The notes under the pieces are model-generated. The model made no database searches. It saw only the letters and a list, made by a program, of their open reading frames with translations, and was not told the DNA's origin. Positions 36,736-48,900 of a DNA stretch of 64,000 nucleotides are shown one piece after another; positions within the stretch are counted from its first letter, which is position 1, and each line of letters begins with the position of its first letter. This DNA comes from Xylographa opegraphella. Lineage: Eukaryota. The DNA is taken from NCBI GenBank assembly GCA_022813865.1, contig JALDZX010000056.1, positions 62,001 through 126,000 on the forward strand. Reading direction: 5' to 3'. The position numbers were made by a program, and so were the translations under genes.

Positions 36736-37099
36736 GCATTGGAGAGGCGTATGTTTTTTGTTGCATAAGAGATACCCGCGATGGCATGGTCGCATATACT
36801 GTTGGATAGAAGGGATAGAAGGAGTTTTAGAAAGGTCTTTCGGTACGAAACTGGAACAGCTACATTTAGCCATTATGTAATCTATACTGGCCATATTGTT
36901 GGGCCTTGGTACGAAGCTTTTGTGTTTAATCTTCGCACGATTGGATAAGGGGGCGACCAGGATACTGTAAGTGCATACAATTTCTCGAACGTAGGATTCG
37001 AACGTAGGCATGATATGAAGAAATGATGCAATGGCTCTAATATGACTTAGACGGGTGGCACTCTGTGAAGATGTATACATATTTTTCGACCGATTATAG

Positions 37100-37885
37100 G
37101 TCTTACAGACCAAGCCTGACCGTCTCGATACAGCAGGTAACAAGCGATAAACGTGACAAGTGATTATCAATAACCCCTATTGCTCGTAAGCAAGAATCAT
37201 TACATTTGTGAAGACTGGTCCAGCGTGGACTTCTTGCGGGCAGCAGAGAACTCTTCAATACCGCCGCGTAGTGGTATCTCAGTAAAGTATGCAGTGGAAT
37301 AATTTGTCCGAAATATTTCTTTGAGGATTGCCTCTACCTTAGTTTTGGTTGAAAGCTTCATTAGTATCGTCTTCTCCATAATAAAGCCTATAACGCTAAT
37401 GAAGGCGAGACGGTGGTAGTCATTGAGGTCCGTGATCCACATATTGACTTCAGCATCATGACCCATAGCGCACAAATGACTTCTGGCGGAGACGACGTGG
37501 AATGTGATGACGAGATTGCCAAGAGAGCGCAACGATATCAACTAGCTTTGTCTTCTCGACCCGAAGAGCAATATCGGCAACGCTGTTAAATTTCTTTCCA
37601 CCCAGTTTGAGGACTTCCAGATTTGTGATCGATTCTGGAGGACCAGACGGGCGACGGAAGACGTCATGTCAGCCAAATTTGACTTGCATACTGTTGGTTG
37701 CGACTATAGTATCATTCTGACATGCCGACATTCTGAAGAAGAAGGCACGCAGAGCCTTCCGCCGATTATCAACCCAGAGATAATGATATCGATGTTCTTG
37801 TCGAAGCTGTAGGCAGAATCGAATGCTGAGCCCTTTAAGCATGGCTCTGCATTGGTGTAGACCAGATACAGAACTGCGATGTGAG
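37100..37885 (-). pseudogene. Decayed NRPS adenylation-domain fragment
   Basis: Across frameshifts: SAYSFDKNIDIIISGLIIGGRLCVPS / NDTIVATNSMQV / NLADMTSSVARL / PESITNLEVLKLGGK / WITDLNDYHRLAFISVIG, collinear with the fungal NRPS A4-A6 region. Confidence 0.8.
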
Positions 37886-37926
37886 CTAATCCATCCTCTG
37901 CGAAGACTGTCGCTTTAAAATAGACT

Positions 37927-40124
37927 TCAAAGCTTGCTTATCTCGCCAAGGGCGCCGCTCATGAATGGTCCATCATCCATAAGTGGTTCTCCATGAATGA
38001 CAGACCTCCTACCTTCCTTCATATTCCACCATTGAACACAGATTTGAGCACGAGCAACATCCATCTCACCGTTACTAAGGACTTCCCAGAATCTTCGCTT
38101 GCATTCTTTGACTGTCATGAGGTCACGGACACTGTTCAGGGACTTCGCTGTCAACGATAGCCACTCTTGCAAATCAGTGATAGACAAGAACGGTAATGAG
38201 TCCATCAAGGTCAGCACGAGTGTTGCCTGATCGGAGAGCGCGGACTCAGTATGACCAGCTCCATGGCTACTGACTGGCAGTATATGCTCTGAGGATGCCT
38301 CTTTCACTCGCAGAGAGACCATCTCAAGGATGGTCGAAGACAGAATAGGCTGAGTTTCAGATATCAACGAAGGAGGTGCCGTGATTCGAACGAGGGTTTT
38401 GATAGCCAGTCGGAACTGTCGCGAAGACAATTCTTGTGGAAAAGCCTATATGAATGCTCATCAGTATCAGGAGACAGCGAGTTGCGATGCACAAAAGCTA
38501 ACTGACCGCAAAAATCGTAGTAATGTAGTCTGGTAGGTACTTTGTCACCAGTTCGTAATTTTGAGGACAAGAAAATACTGCGAGCAGAACGCTGTGCGCA
38601 GCTTCAAAGCTCTCCAACAGCCGTCGATCGCTACCAACCCTCAAGTATTGGGATGCTGTGGGAATGAAGAGCTCATCAGCGGTTGAGTTGGGCAGACATA
38701 GCGCGAAATGCTCTGCCGCGTTCAAGAAAAACAGGTCATTACATCTCTCGTGGGGATGTTCTGGAACATTTGATGAACGGTGACCTTGAATTCCTTGTAG
38801 AAACGCCTCGGCCTGAGCAGGATAGCTCGAGAGTATATCCACAGAACTCAGGTAAACATAGTCGTATTGCGAGAAGGCATTTTGGCCATGGCGGAATGAT
38901 ATAAAAGATAGGTTGCGTAAGGTGTGGAGTGCCAGAGTAGCCACAAGCGGAGCTATGCTGGTCAGCAAAGCGTTATTTGGCTGTATGAGACGAATATCAC
39001 CATGATTTGGCGCTTTGACACCATTCCCAGTGACGCGTCCCAGGAGTGAAGTTTCCATGATGACTACAGCAAACAAGGTCGACTTCAGGATACGCCAAAG
39101 CAGCCGTAACGATTTCCTCATCGAATCCTCGTTGAGATATAGATGCTCCTCCGTGATATCGACCTCAGAAAGCTTGTTTTGTTGCCATTGGACGCCTAAA
39201 GATCTGCTGAAGGCAACGAGATCTTCACTCGTCTTGGATACCAAATTTTCGCCTTTCACGTTAGAGATGCAGAAGGCGACAAGTCGAGCAAGAGCTCCGA
39301 ACGAGGAAAATACAGGACCAGAGGCGATATACTGCATCTGCGAATAGCTTGAACAATTGGACGACCAACCAAACTTCCTATTGACATCTTGCACAATGTC
39401 AACATCCATAATTCCCAGAAAATAGCCCCATCGAAGACCAAACTTAGAAAACAACATAGTCTCAACCAGAATGGGTAACAGAAGGTCATGCTGAAGCCGG
39501 CTTTTGGCAGCAGCACCGAGAACATCAAATACATAGCCTAACGTCATAGGTATACTGGCACGGCTCGAATCTTCGACGGCCTTGACTCCTTGCAGTGCAA
39601 GATTCGTGGCTTTGACCATAGCGCTTTCCAACGTTTTTCTGAGAGACTTTGGGTGACCTTTACAATCGTGATTCCCAAAGCTAAGCAGCAGGCCACCGAT
39701 GACGAGCATATGTTTCCATCGTGGGGACTTCTCATCAGCACCTTGTACAACAGCTTTGAGCCATGCCTCCTTGCCCAATCCTTCTCTTGCACGAGCTCGT
39801 GCCGGAAACTGTGACGTCTTCTCCTGCGATGTCTTTTCCAAACTCGCAGAATTGAAAACACCGAGTATTCGATATTCAGCCAGCAGCCCCTCCGCCCCAA
39901 CCCATATCGCAGGAGCTGTGAGAAGCTGAGACGTGAGTAGGGTTATGTTGAGGGGATTCGATAGCAGCGTTAGAAGCACTGTTGCAGATCCTAGAAGTCT
40001 ATCAATAGTAAATAAACCAGCCTTATGAACCCATCAGGTGTCATGAATACCTGGAAGCATCTTCCTCACTCGATGGACTTTGCAAGGCGCGCAGCAGTGT
40101 CGCGAGAGACCTGTCCGTAGCCAT
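37927..40124 (-). CDS. PEX8: Peroxin Pex8 (fungal), ending in the PTS1 signal SKL, 4 exons
   Basis: MATDRSLATLLRALQ; LLTLLSNPLNITLLTSQLL; VVQGADEKSPRWKH; WQQNKLSEVD; FEAAHSVLLAV; RQFRLA; C-terminal SKL. Confidence 0.93.
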
Positions 40125-40488
40125 TGTCCTTGGCTAGCTTACAATGTACAGACTACCATTATCGGCACTTGGAAAGACCTACATAGCTTGAAGCTGTGGA
40201 GTTAAGCCGAGGCACGTATTCTATTTACTAGGTACCCAGGCACCGTTCTTTACCTAAGTATGTAAGGAGTGAAAAGAACTCAGTCCTAGAACTGTCTCGG
40301 AGCTGTATTTCTCCTAGCGCCCTCTTTTGTCAGTGGGTCCATGTTGGGTTGAAAGTAAATTGAGTGATAATCTGATGCCCACCCTTTTGCGTGATGTTGG
40401 GTAACGGATTTTAGCCCACTTACAGCTGAAATATGAGCATACTTGATGGCCAAACACCCAAAGGCCAGGCTTCCAGTATCGCTTGAAC

Positions 40489-40995
40489 ATGTAAGTTTTG
40501 TTGTGGCGCTGTCATATGATCTAACAAGCATCTTACAGGACACGAACTATCAATCCAGTACCTCTAGACTATACCCCACCTCCGTTTCCATCGTTGTATT
40601 CGCCAATACACGGGGGATCTGGAGTCTACTTGTACTATAGTAGTGATGTCTGGCGTTTCACCCTTTTCTGGACTGTTATCATTTTTGAAGCCTTTCATTT
40701 GGCCGCAAGCGGATATGCCGTGGTGGTGCAATGGAAGAACTGGAAGCTCATGTGGCTAGTGCCAATCTTCTATCTCCTCGTGGGCGGCGTAGAAGCGATG
40801 CTGGCTGGCAGCATCGTGGGACTCATGTACGTAACAGATCTCACAATTGTCACCTCACTAACTTCCCTGGCCAGACTCGGAGCGGCTTACGATGCTGGTG
40901 ACTTCCGGATGTCGACATGGATCCCGTTGATATGGGCTTTGATCAATGTTCTTGTTCTGATACTTTCTTCCTTTTCGATTCAGGGAGGCCTCTAG
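40489..40995 (+). CDS. TMEM170-family small ER membrane protein; start codon split by an intron
   Basis: AT|G...VPLDYTPPPFPSLY...YLYYSSDVWRFTLFWT...AGSIVGL...GAAYDAG.FRMSTWIPLIW. Introns 40491-40538 and about 40828-40875. Confidence 0.85.
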
Positions 40996-41452
40996 CCTCC
41001 TGCCATGCTCAACAAAGCATACTCTTGGCAATGCGTATGGAGTCTCCCGTATTAATAGCGATGCTTGGTTTGTTATGCATCTTCGATTTGGTTATCTCGG
41101 CTCTTTGTTCTTACAGCCCTATGATCGAAAAGTCTAACAATCGAAAGTTTCAGGCGTCGGAGACCAGCATCATGCGATATTTTACTTCCTTGTGTATGAC
41201 GATACTCGGACGTTCAAAGCATATTTAGATTTTAAAAATGCTTAGGGATGGTAACCTTTCGATGCCAGTACCTAAACCCCATTATTCAATGTGGGGAAGT
41301 AAATCCTCACTTTCTCTTATTGTTATCACATCGTGGAGTAATGGAGGCTGTTTTCTACACTCCAACAATGATGTTAATACACACTTACTTAGATCAAACA
41401 CCATAGTGTATTGAGACCAGCTTGCTGCTTTTGACGTCCTAGCTGGTTGATG

Positions 41453-42492
41453 TCAAACTTGAGGCTGCGCCGTGAGCGACGGGTTGGCACTTTGCCAAAG
41501 CTTGTTTGATTGCTTCGAAACAGCAATTTGTTTTGTTGATATTTCTACAGGAATATATAACCCTTCTCGAAGCCGCTTCAACCAAGGCACTTCGATCGTC
41601 GATACATGCTTTCTGACGAAATCAACCAATGGTGCTGAACCTGGCGCATTCCCATAAAGTCCGATCATGCCCGCTCTTGGGATATGAAGTGCTGCGCTAA
41701 GGCGTCCGGTAGCACCTCTCGGTAAAGCTACAAGTCGTATCCCAGCCTCTGATGGTAGACTGAAAGATGCGGTCGAGACTAAAAGTGGTAGGTGGGCATA
41801 TAAAGCATGGGTCTGATCCGCCCGATCCACGAAGACAGCGACCATTTGAGGTAAGCGGCTCTCAGAGAAGGCTGTGGTAGTGCTACATAAGCTTCTCGCT
41901 GTAAGGTCATGGGATGCAGCCTCCAAGGCACGCTCCGTCGAATTAAAGCCAATAGTCAAAAAGGAGGCGACTTCCGGTTCAGGGGGCACGTTACTCAGTT
42001 GATCCTGCTCGGACACATTTTGATCGTTCGTGTACAGACTATCTTTTTGCTTCTCAATTTTGGCATTGCTCCTTTTTCTCTTCTTCCGCTTTCCCTTGGA
42101 GGGCTGAACAAACTCTAAGCGGCGCTTCCCTATGGGCTCGAGGAGGCTAAATTGAGCATTGTCAGCACGAAATGTGTATCATGGGGCCCACATCCAGTGA
42201 CAGCTCGGGAGAATTTATATTTTCTTAGAAGTGTGAACCAGGTTACTCAAACAATTCGCAACACTGAGCTGTTGATTGAATGGCCCTAATCGAGTCCATA
42301 CGCACCTGCACAACTGCTCCAGAATAATTATCTTGGTTTCATCTGACACTATTGGCCTTATGCCTGGGTTAGCATGCGCTGATTCCGATTGTATTCTCGG
42401 AGAGGGCTGTAGTACCACGGAATCGTGGGAAATGGATTCTCCAGTGTAAAACTGGTCTTCGTCGTAGCGATTGTAGGTTTCTTTGGTGTCAT
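41453..42492 (-). CDS. POP3: RNase P/MRP subunit Pop3 (L7Ae-like), 3 exons
   Basis: FTLENPF..IPW|PIVS....IILEQLCS|LLEPIG...KGKR...LTIGFNST.RALE...HLPLL...RLVALP....RLSAALHIPRAGMIGL...PW. Confidence 0.85.
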
Positions 42493-42939
42493 TGTGTTTT
42501 CCAAAATGCCGCAGTAACTACTGCCCGACGCGGATCTGATCTATCTGCCCGGGCGTCCCGCTTCTTCTGTAGAGGCTGAGAGTCTCATCCTTCCACGCCC
42601 ACGTCCGTGGCGTAGCGGCAGATCCGTGTACTTTCCCGTCCTCCAACGCATTCCACGTTCACATAGCGCCGGCTTAGCGTCTTACCGCTGCGGGCGCTAC
42701 TTCGTTATCTTAAGCGAGAGATGCCTGATTGCAGCAAGAGCTTCCCCCCACCCATGTGAATCAGAAGCAAAGAAGCTTCACGTCACCTCTGCTTTCATAG
42801 TCAACACAACCCTCTTCGTTGCCCTCCTGTACACGTACCCTGGCTTCTTCATAACTCGCTCTTGCCTCCACGTCTTTGGCCATCACGGCTGTCCCTTCGT
42901 TTATTGGCGTCATACCACGCGTCCAGCAGGAACAATGTG

Positions 42940-45900
42940 ATGGAAGCGTCTTCGCTAGTCATACCCCGTACGCCAAACCGCGCCACGTCTGAGGGGCCTA
43001 CTCCACCGCCTCGTAATTCTATGGAAGACGCAGATTCTTCCGTTACGAGGAAACGCCCACGGTTAGACAGTGGCGATCGAGCCTATAGAAGCATGTCTGC
43101 AGATGGTAAACTATCGACTCAACTTCGACCTGAGCCTGGGAAGCACTTGCCCCAATCCGAGGAGAGCGATCCGCTACATGAAGATGCTGAAGCTCAGTAC
43201 ACCGTGTGCGCTAAATCTATCAGCGGAACCCCTACCAAGGTCACCATCAATGTTCGCGATCCTGCCCTGTCGAGCTCGCCACCGTTGCCAGCCGGAACGG
43301 GGCCACATTTCTTTCGACGTGAGGGCTTTCCTGATACGTCAAGCTCCTTCGAAGAACAACGCTCCCAACATATCTCTTCTTCACCACAAGTAGAGACTAC
43401 GGTCTCATCATCTCCGCCTGGCACTCCCGAAATCGAGATTGCAGAACTGGAAGATATTGATGGGCATTACGGGCCAACTGTATGGAGGACTTCGGGAAGC
43501 ATGATGGATTTTCTGGACCTCCAGCATCATTTGCTGCGCCAATTTCCATACTGCGATACGTATGCGAATCCTGTTCATGCCATTGCGGCGATTAGCAACG
43601 CTATGACCCATGGTAAGTCCGATGTGATCATCCCGCTACGGTGTCAGACGCTAAGTATTTGAAAGGAGGTCTAGGAGACGGACAGTTGCTTCACAAACTC
43701 GCAATGTGGATCGAGGACTATCTGCGGCAAACAAAACATGCTGCTTCGCAGTGGTTCAACATGGTCACAGAACAACGAGATTTCTGGGAGAAAGTCCCAA
43801 ATATCGTCACTGAACTAGTTCGACGAAGGCAGGTCATACCTAGGCCTTCATCGAAACGTCCCTAACAACGATCTAGTATCAAGTTTGAGGAGAAATTTTT
43901 CAGGTCTATTGACCTGGATGGCGAACCTTACGAAGACAATAGGCAATACCTGGAAGATTTTCTGTGCGCCTACGCTGCTTTGACAGCACGAATGGTACAT
44001 ATCGATTGCCAGACCCTCATAGAAAATGCCGAGGACCTCGCGGTTACCCCTGATCTTGTGTCGCCCAACTACCTCCGAGTCCTTCAGTTTCTTTTCTGTA
44101 GTCCACGAGACCTCCCTCTTTGGAAAATGCTCAACAATACGTACAACTACTCGTTCTTACTTACCATCGAGTCTATACTAAACCGCTTCACACACCCCTC
44201 ATCCAGCGGTCTGCGACATATGTCACAATACGTTGACTTGATTCTCGATAGGAGCCAAAGCCAGCCGACTACGGTGACTGATATCTGGCAGCCGATCAAT
44301 ACTACTTCGCGCATTGCTCACTACCTTTCGAAAACAAACCTTCAGCCTTCTTCCATTGACATGACCGCCCCAACCTTCCAGACTTTCCAATTCTTCAGAA
44401 CACTTGAGGTAAAGATCCAGAAGTTTATTACCAAACAGGTGTCCTCTCTGTCTCTCGAGCTTACAAAAGCACTTCTGACCGAATTGACTTTGATACTGAA
44501 CAACGTATTGGGAGCCGACCCCTCGCTCGCAGAAGCCATGCTGCCTACCATCACAGAACTGGAGCAAGAGACCAACCTTGAAGATCGTGTTATGTTGGCT
44601 CAATATTCCTGGAGATTTAGTACCTGCAAAAATTGTATTATGAAAGGGCGCATGGAGATTCGTGTGTTTGGTATTGAAACCATGCAGGACGATCTTGTCG
44701 CTGTCTTTCAACGCTATATAAGCAAAGGCCCCAAAGACCTGCATATGATTCCGGGTTATCTCTCTGATGCTATATTGAGCAGCAAACTTGTCGATTACCT
44801 AGTTGGCGTTGATTCGCATCCGCAACTAATCCATCGAAGTAAGAATATTGTGGGATTTCTGGTGGTAACTCACAAATACACCGAAGTTGCGTCGGACGTG
44901 ATCTGGAAGTCTGTGTCATCGAGTCAGGATTCTCGGACAATTGATGCTATACTCGAAATGCTGCATGGAATACTCAACCTTATGGACTATGGACAACTCC
45001 TTTATCTGTGTGGGAAGCTAAATAACTTGTCTATGCGCTACTTTGACCCACGTATGATTGTTCATTGCAAATTGCTGCTCGAAAATCTGGTGAGGAAATG
45101 GGCCGACCAGGGTGTTTCATATGGTACCAAGTTGGATATGCCTCCATACCACCTCTGCCTTCGTCTTCTTCGAACGGCAGTTTCAGATCCTTCACTCATA
45201 CCGAACAGGAAACGAGAGATTTGTCAATTTGCACTTGAGGAGTTACGGAATCTGACAAAGATTGGTCCAACTGATGCTGATCGCGCATCGATTTACGAAA
45301 TGTGTATCGACGATATTTCAAAAAGATCACCGATGGCGAGCGGTAGTATGGCAGCAATAAATGTACTACTGGACCAAGATACCGAGGACAATATAGAGAG
45401 GTTTGTGGACGTTTCCACTTTTACGGCTCTTATAATTGGTGAACTTGCAACGTTCACTGAAGTTGAGGGTCCGACAAACGCCAGTTCGCCAGAAGTATAT
45501 GACGCGCTATCAGTCCGCTTGTCCCTTCTACAAAAAATCATCATATATGCCGCCGATACCATTACACCAGTCCTGGCACACAAATTTTGGGAAAGTATGC
45601 TAGGAGAGTATGCCTTGGATGACTATGCGCGAGACAGTGCATGGGGGATGCTCGCTAGAGCACTTTCGAGTTCTCATATGAAAAACTCGTTTCTTGAGCT
45701 TTGCGTTACCGAACACTTGCCCCAGCTAAAGCCCTGTTTCTTCACATCAGGAGTTCTTTCTTTTGCGGAGAAGGTGGTTCAACATGAGACAAGATCCTTG
45801 AGATTAACGGAGACAAACCAAAGGATTGTGAGTAGTCCTCCTGGCGCAGAACTGCTTTGGCACCTTGCTCTGGTCGTCCCGAATCCGAGCATTGGCTCTA

Positions 45901-48900
45901 AAGCTGCTTCGATGCTTGTCAAATCATATCTCAATGCCAGCCTTGCTCAAGGTGCTGAAGATCCCATGGGAGACGATCCCAATGCCAGGCTTGTGGAACG
46001 GTGCATTCAGCAGCTCATTCAAGCTTCTACAAGGCTCAAGAAATATAGTGATGGCACTTCGAGTGGTGAAGAGGACTCCATGGTTATCATTCCATCTGAC
46101 GATGACGTGTCAGCTGAAAAGATCTGCTTCGCTCGTTCGCTGTCAATCCTGAAGGAGTTTATGCAAGAAATTAGGACTCGTTATCCGGCAAGTCCTGCTT
46201 CGGCATCGATACCCCAAAGCCCGTACAGCATTAATGGCGACAAAGTCGAAATTCAGTACCAAGGATTCAATGGCAGTAAGATCACGGCTAGGAGGATAGT
46301 TGAGTTCGGCAATCATTCAACATATGCGGATTTTGTTACGCTCCTAACCAAATTGACTGGCTTTTCCAAATTTAGTCTCATTGCGGGAGGTCAGCGAATA
46401 GATTATGCAGTGGCAAAGGATATGACCATAGAAGATCTAAAGCTGAATCAAAAGGGTCTACTTTTAGTACGGAAGATCCCGGACGCTGAAGCAATTCCAG
46501 AACAGATCTTCACTGCCGGGCTTACACCGTTAGAAGCGGAAGTCATGAAACATTTTCACGAGTTGTACGAGCTGCTTGGTATGGAGGAGCAACAAGCAAA
46601 AGATGTAAAATAAACAGAGTGAGGATATGCGATGGCCTTCTGCTGACAACGTTACAGGTATATGACTTTTTAGGGACGTTCCCCCCACATGAAGACATCA
46701 CCGCCATGGTCTGTTATGGGGAATCACAAACCGCTCTGATTTTCACCCACGACGAACCATACAAGACATTATACTCTGTTTATGCGCTAAGGTATTGCCT
46801 CGCTAGGCAATTGCAAGAAGTTATAGGTCCAAGCATTCTATAGATGAATACATGCTGACGACTACAAGGGTACAAGTAGTCACCATTTGATACGTCGTGG
46901 TGTACAATCAATTGTGGCTGCATTGGTAAATATGCAAGTATCAAACTCAAATACTCTGAACCGTAGCGAGACCATGACAGCTATCGGCTTGATAGAATGC
47001 TTATTGAAGTTCCTCAAAGGTGGGATATCCCGAAACTCTGACCTTGCTTCTGACTGACACGTCGAATCGTAGAGCCGGTACCACTCGAGACGTCGGCGAC
47101 ATATTTCAATGATCCACCCGCGTTAATAGATCAATTGCGACTGCTCATCTTCACTGCACAAGAAGCTTCACTCACCGTACAGACTATATGGCTCATTGAA
47201 CTCTGCTTTAGTGCAATGCTCGAAGCCTCGCTATATAGCAAGGCCTCTTGGAGCTACCTCAAGAATCATCCGTCGTCTCCCAAACTTTTACGATGCCTTT
47301 TGCTTGAGAGTTCACATGAAAAAATTCGAGACGGAGCGGCCGGTTCCATCAGACGAGTCTGTGGTGCAATGCCTTCGTGAGTTGCGAAGTATGATACGAG
47401 GATGATTGTTTTAACCTATCAAATAGGCTTGCCGAAACCGATGCCCAAGAATTCATCTCATTCTTCTGGACTCATATGGTTACGATGATACCAGAGACGA
47501 TTAACTGTTCCCGGTATACTGAACAGTTTTTCAATATCGCGCTCGAGGTTTTCAGACATGCCGATGAATTCTGTCAAGCGCAGATGCCTCTGGCGTCGTA
47601 CTTGCAGACTTGGAGTGGATTACTACTTGGTCACAAACATGATGAGGTTCGCTCGCACAGTCGATCTTCTGATACCACTAACGCAATTAGTTTGTTGGTC
47701 GCGACGGTGTTGATTGGATCATTTTTGGCATCACCGGTCTTTTGCATTGGTGCATTCAACTCATGAAATCGAACAAGAGACCTCTCAACGTTGAGTATGG
47801 ATATCATAGACACATAATGTTCTCCGCGCTAACTCTCAAAGTGCGACCCTGGTGGAGAGGATCTTCCGAACCCATCTCTTCCCCGATGTCTGCGAAGCAA
47901 CAAGCATGACGGTAGCAAAACCATGCGTTCCTGTCTTAGACTCTCCGACACGTGGACGTATCTATTCTGTTTTACTTTCCCTAAGTACTGACATAGCAGG
48001 GTATCGAAATCTACTGAGCTTGGTCAACGATCTGCTACCCCAAGGTGAGGATGACTCTTGCGCATGGTCGTGGGGCATTGCTCAAATTCTAGAAGACTAT
48101 CATTACGAATCGAACTGGAACTTCGAGCGTATGAAGTCGGTCCGTTCTCCCACTGGATATCCTGGTCTAAAAAATCTCTCCAATACGTGTTATCTGAATT
48201 CGTTGTTTACTCAGCTGTTCATGAATGTCGGCTTCCGAGGATTCATACTTAGCAGAAGCATTGCAGACGCGGGTGGATCGCAAAAACTACTCTCGGAAAC
48301 GCAAAGGCTTTTTGCATACATGCAAGAGTCATGGCTGAAATGTGTAGATCCACAAGGCATTGCCGATTCAGTAATCACCTACGAGAGTTCTCCCATTGAT
48401 GTTTCGGTGCAGATGGATGTTGACGAATTTTACAATCTGCTATTCGATAGATTGGAGAGTCAGATTTCGTCCGTAGTAGACAAGAAAACATTTCGAGAAT
48501 TTTATGGAGGGCAGATTGTGCAGCAAATCAAATCGAAGGAGTGCCCGCACATTTCCGAACGGCTCGAGCCGTTCTCCGCCATACAATGTGAAGTTCGTGG
48601 CAAGGGGACACTTGCAGAGAGCTTGAGTGCCTACATTGAAGGAGAAGTGATGGAAGGAGGTACGCCGAATATCATTATCATTGCATTGGTTGCCATAACT
48701 AATTATTTCAAGATAACAAATATTCCTGTAGCGCTTGTGGCTCCTACGTCGATGCTGTAAAACGGTATTTTTCTGATCCTAGTCTGTGATGGTGCAGACT
48801 AATCTGGACCAGGGCTTGCCTCAAGGACATTCCTGACAACCTGATCTTTCACCTGAAAAGGTTCGATTACGACGTGTCTACAGGTATGCGAAGCAAGATC

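Noticed and set aside
36984..37008. B-box-like GTTCGAATCC (minus strand) inside a short tandem duplication
   Set aside because: No A box, cloverleaf or T-arm stem; explained by a 13-nt slippage repeat.
40330..40430. C/D-box-like words (GTGAT, CTGA) upstream of the TMEM170-like gene
   Set aside because: Boxes are degenerate and wrongly spaced, with no recognisable rRNA guide.
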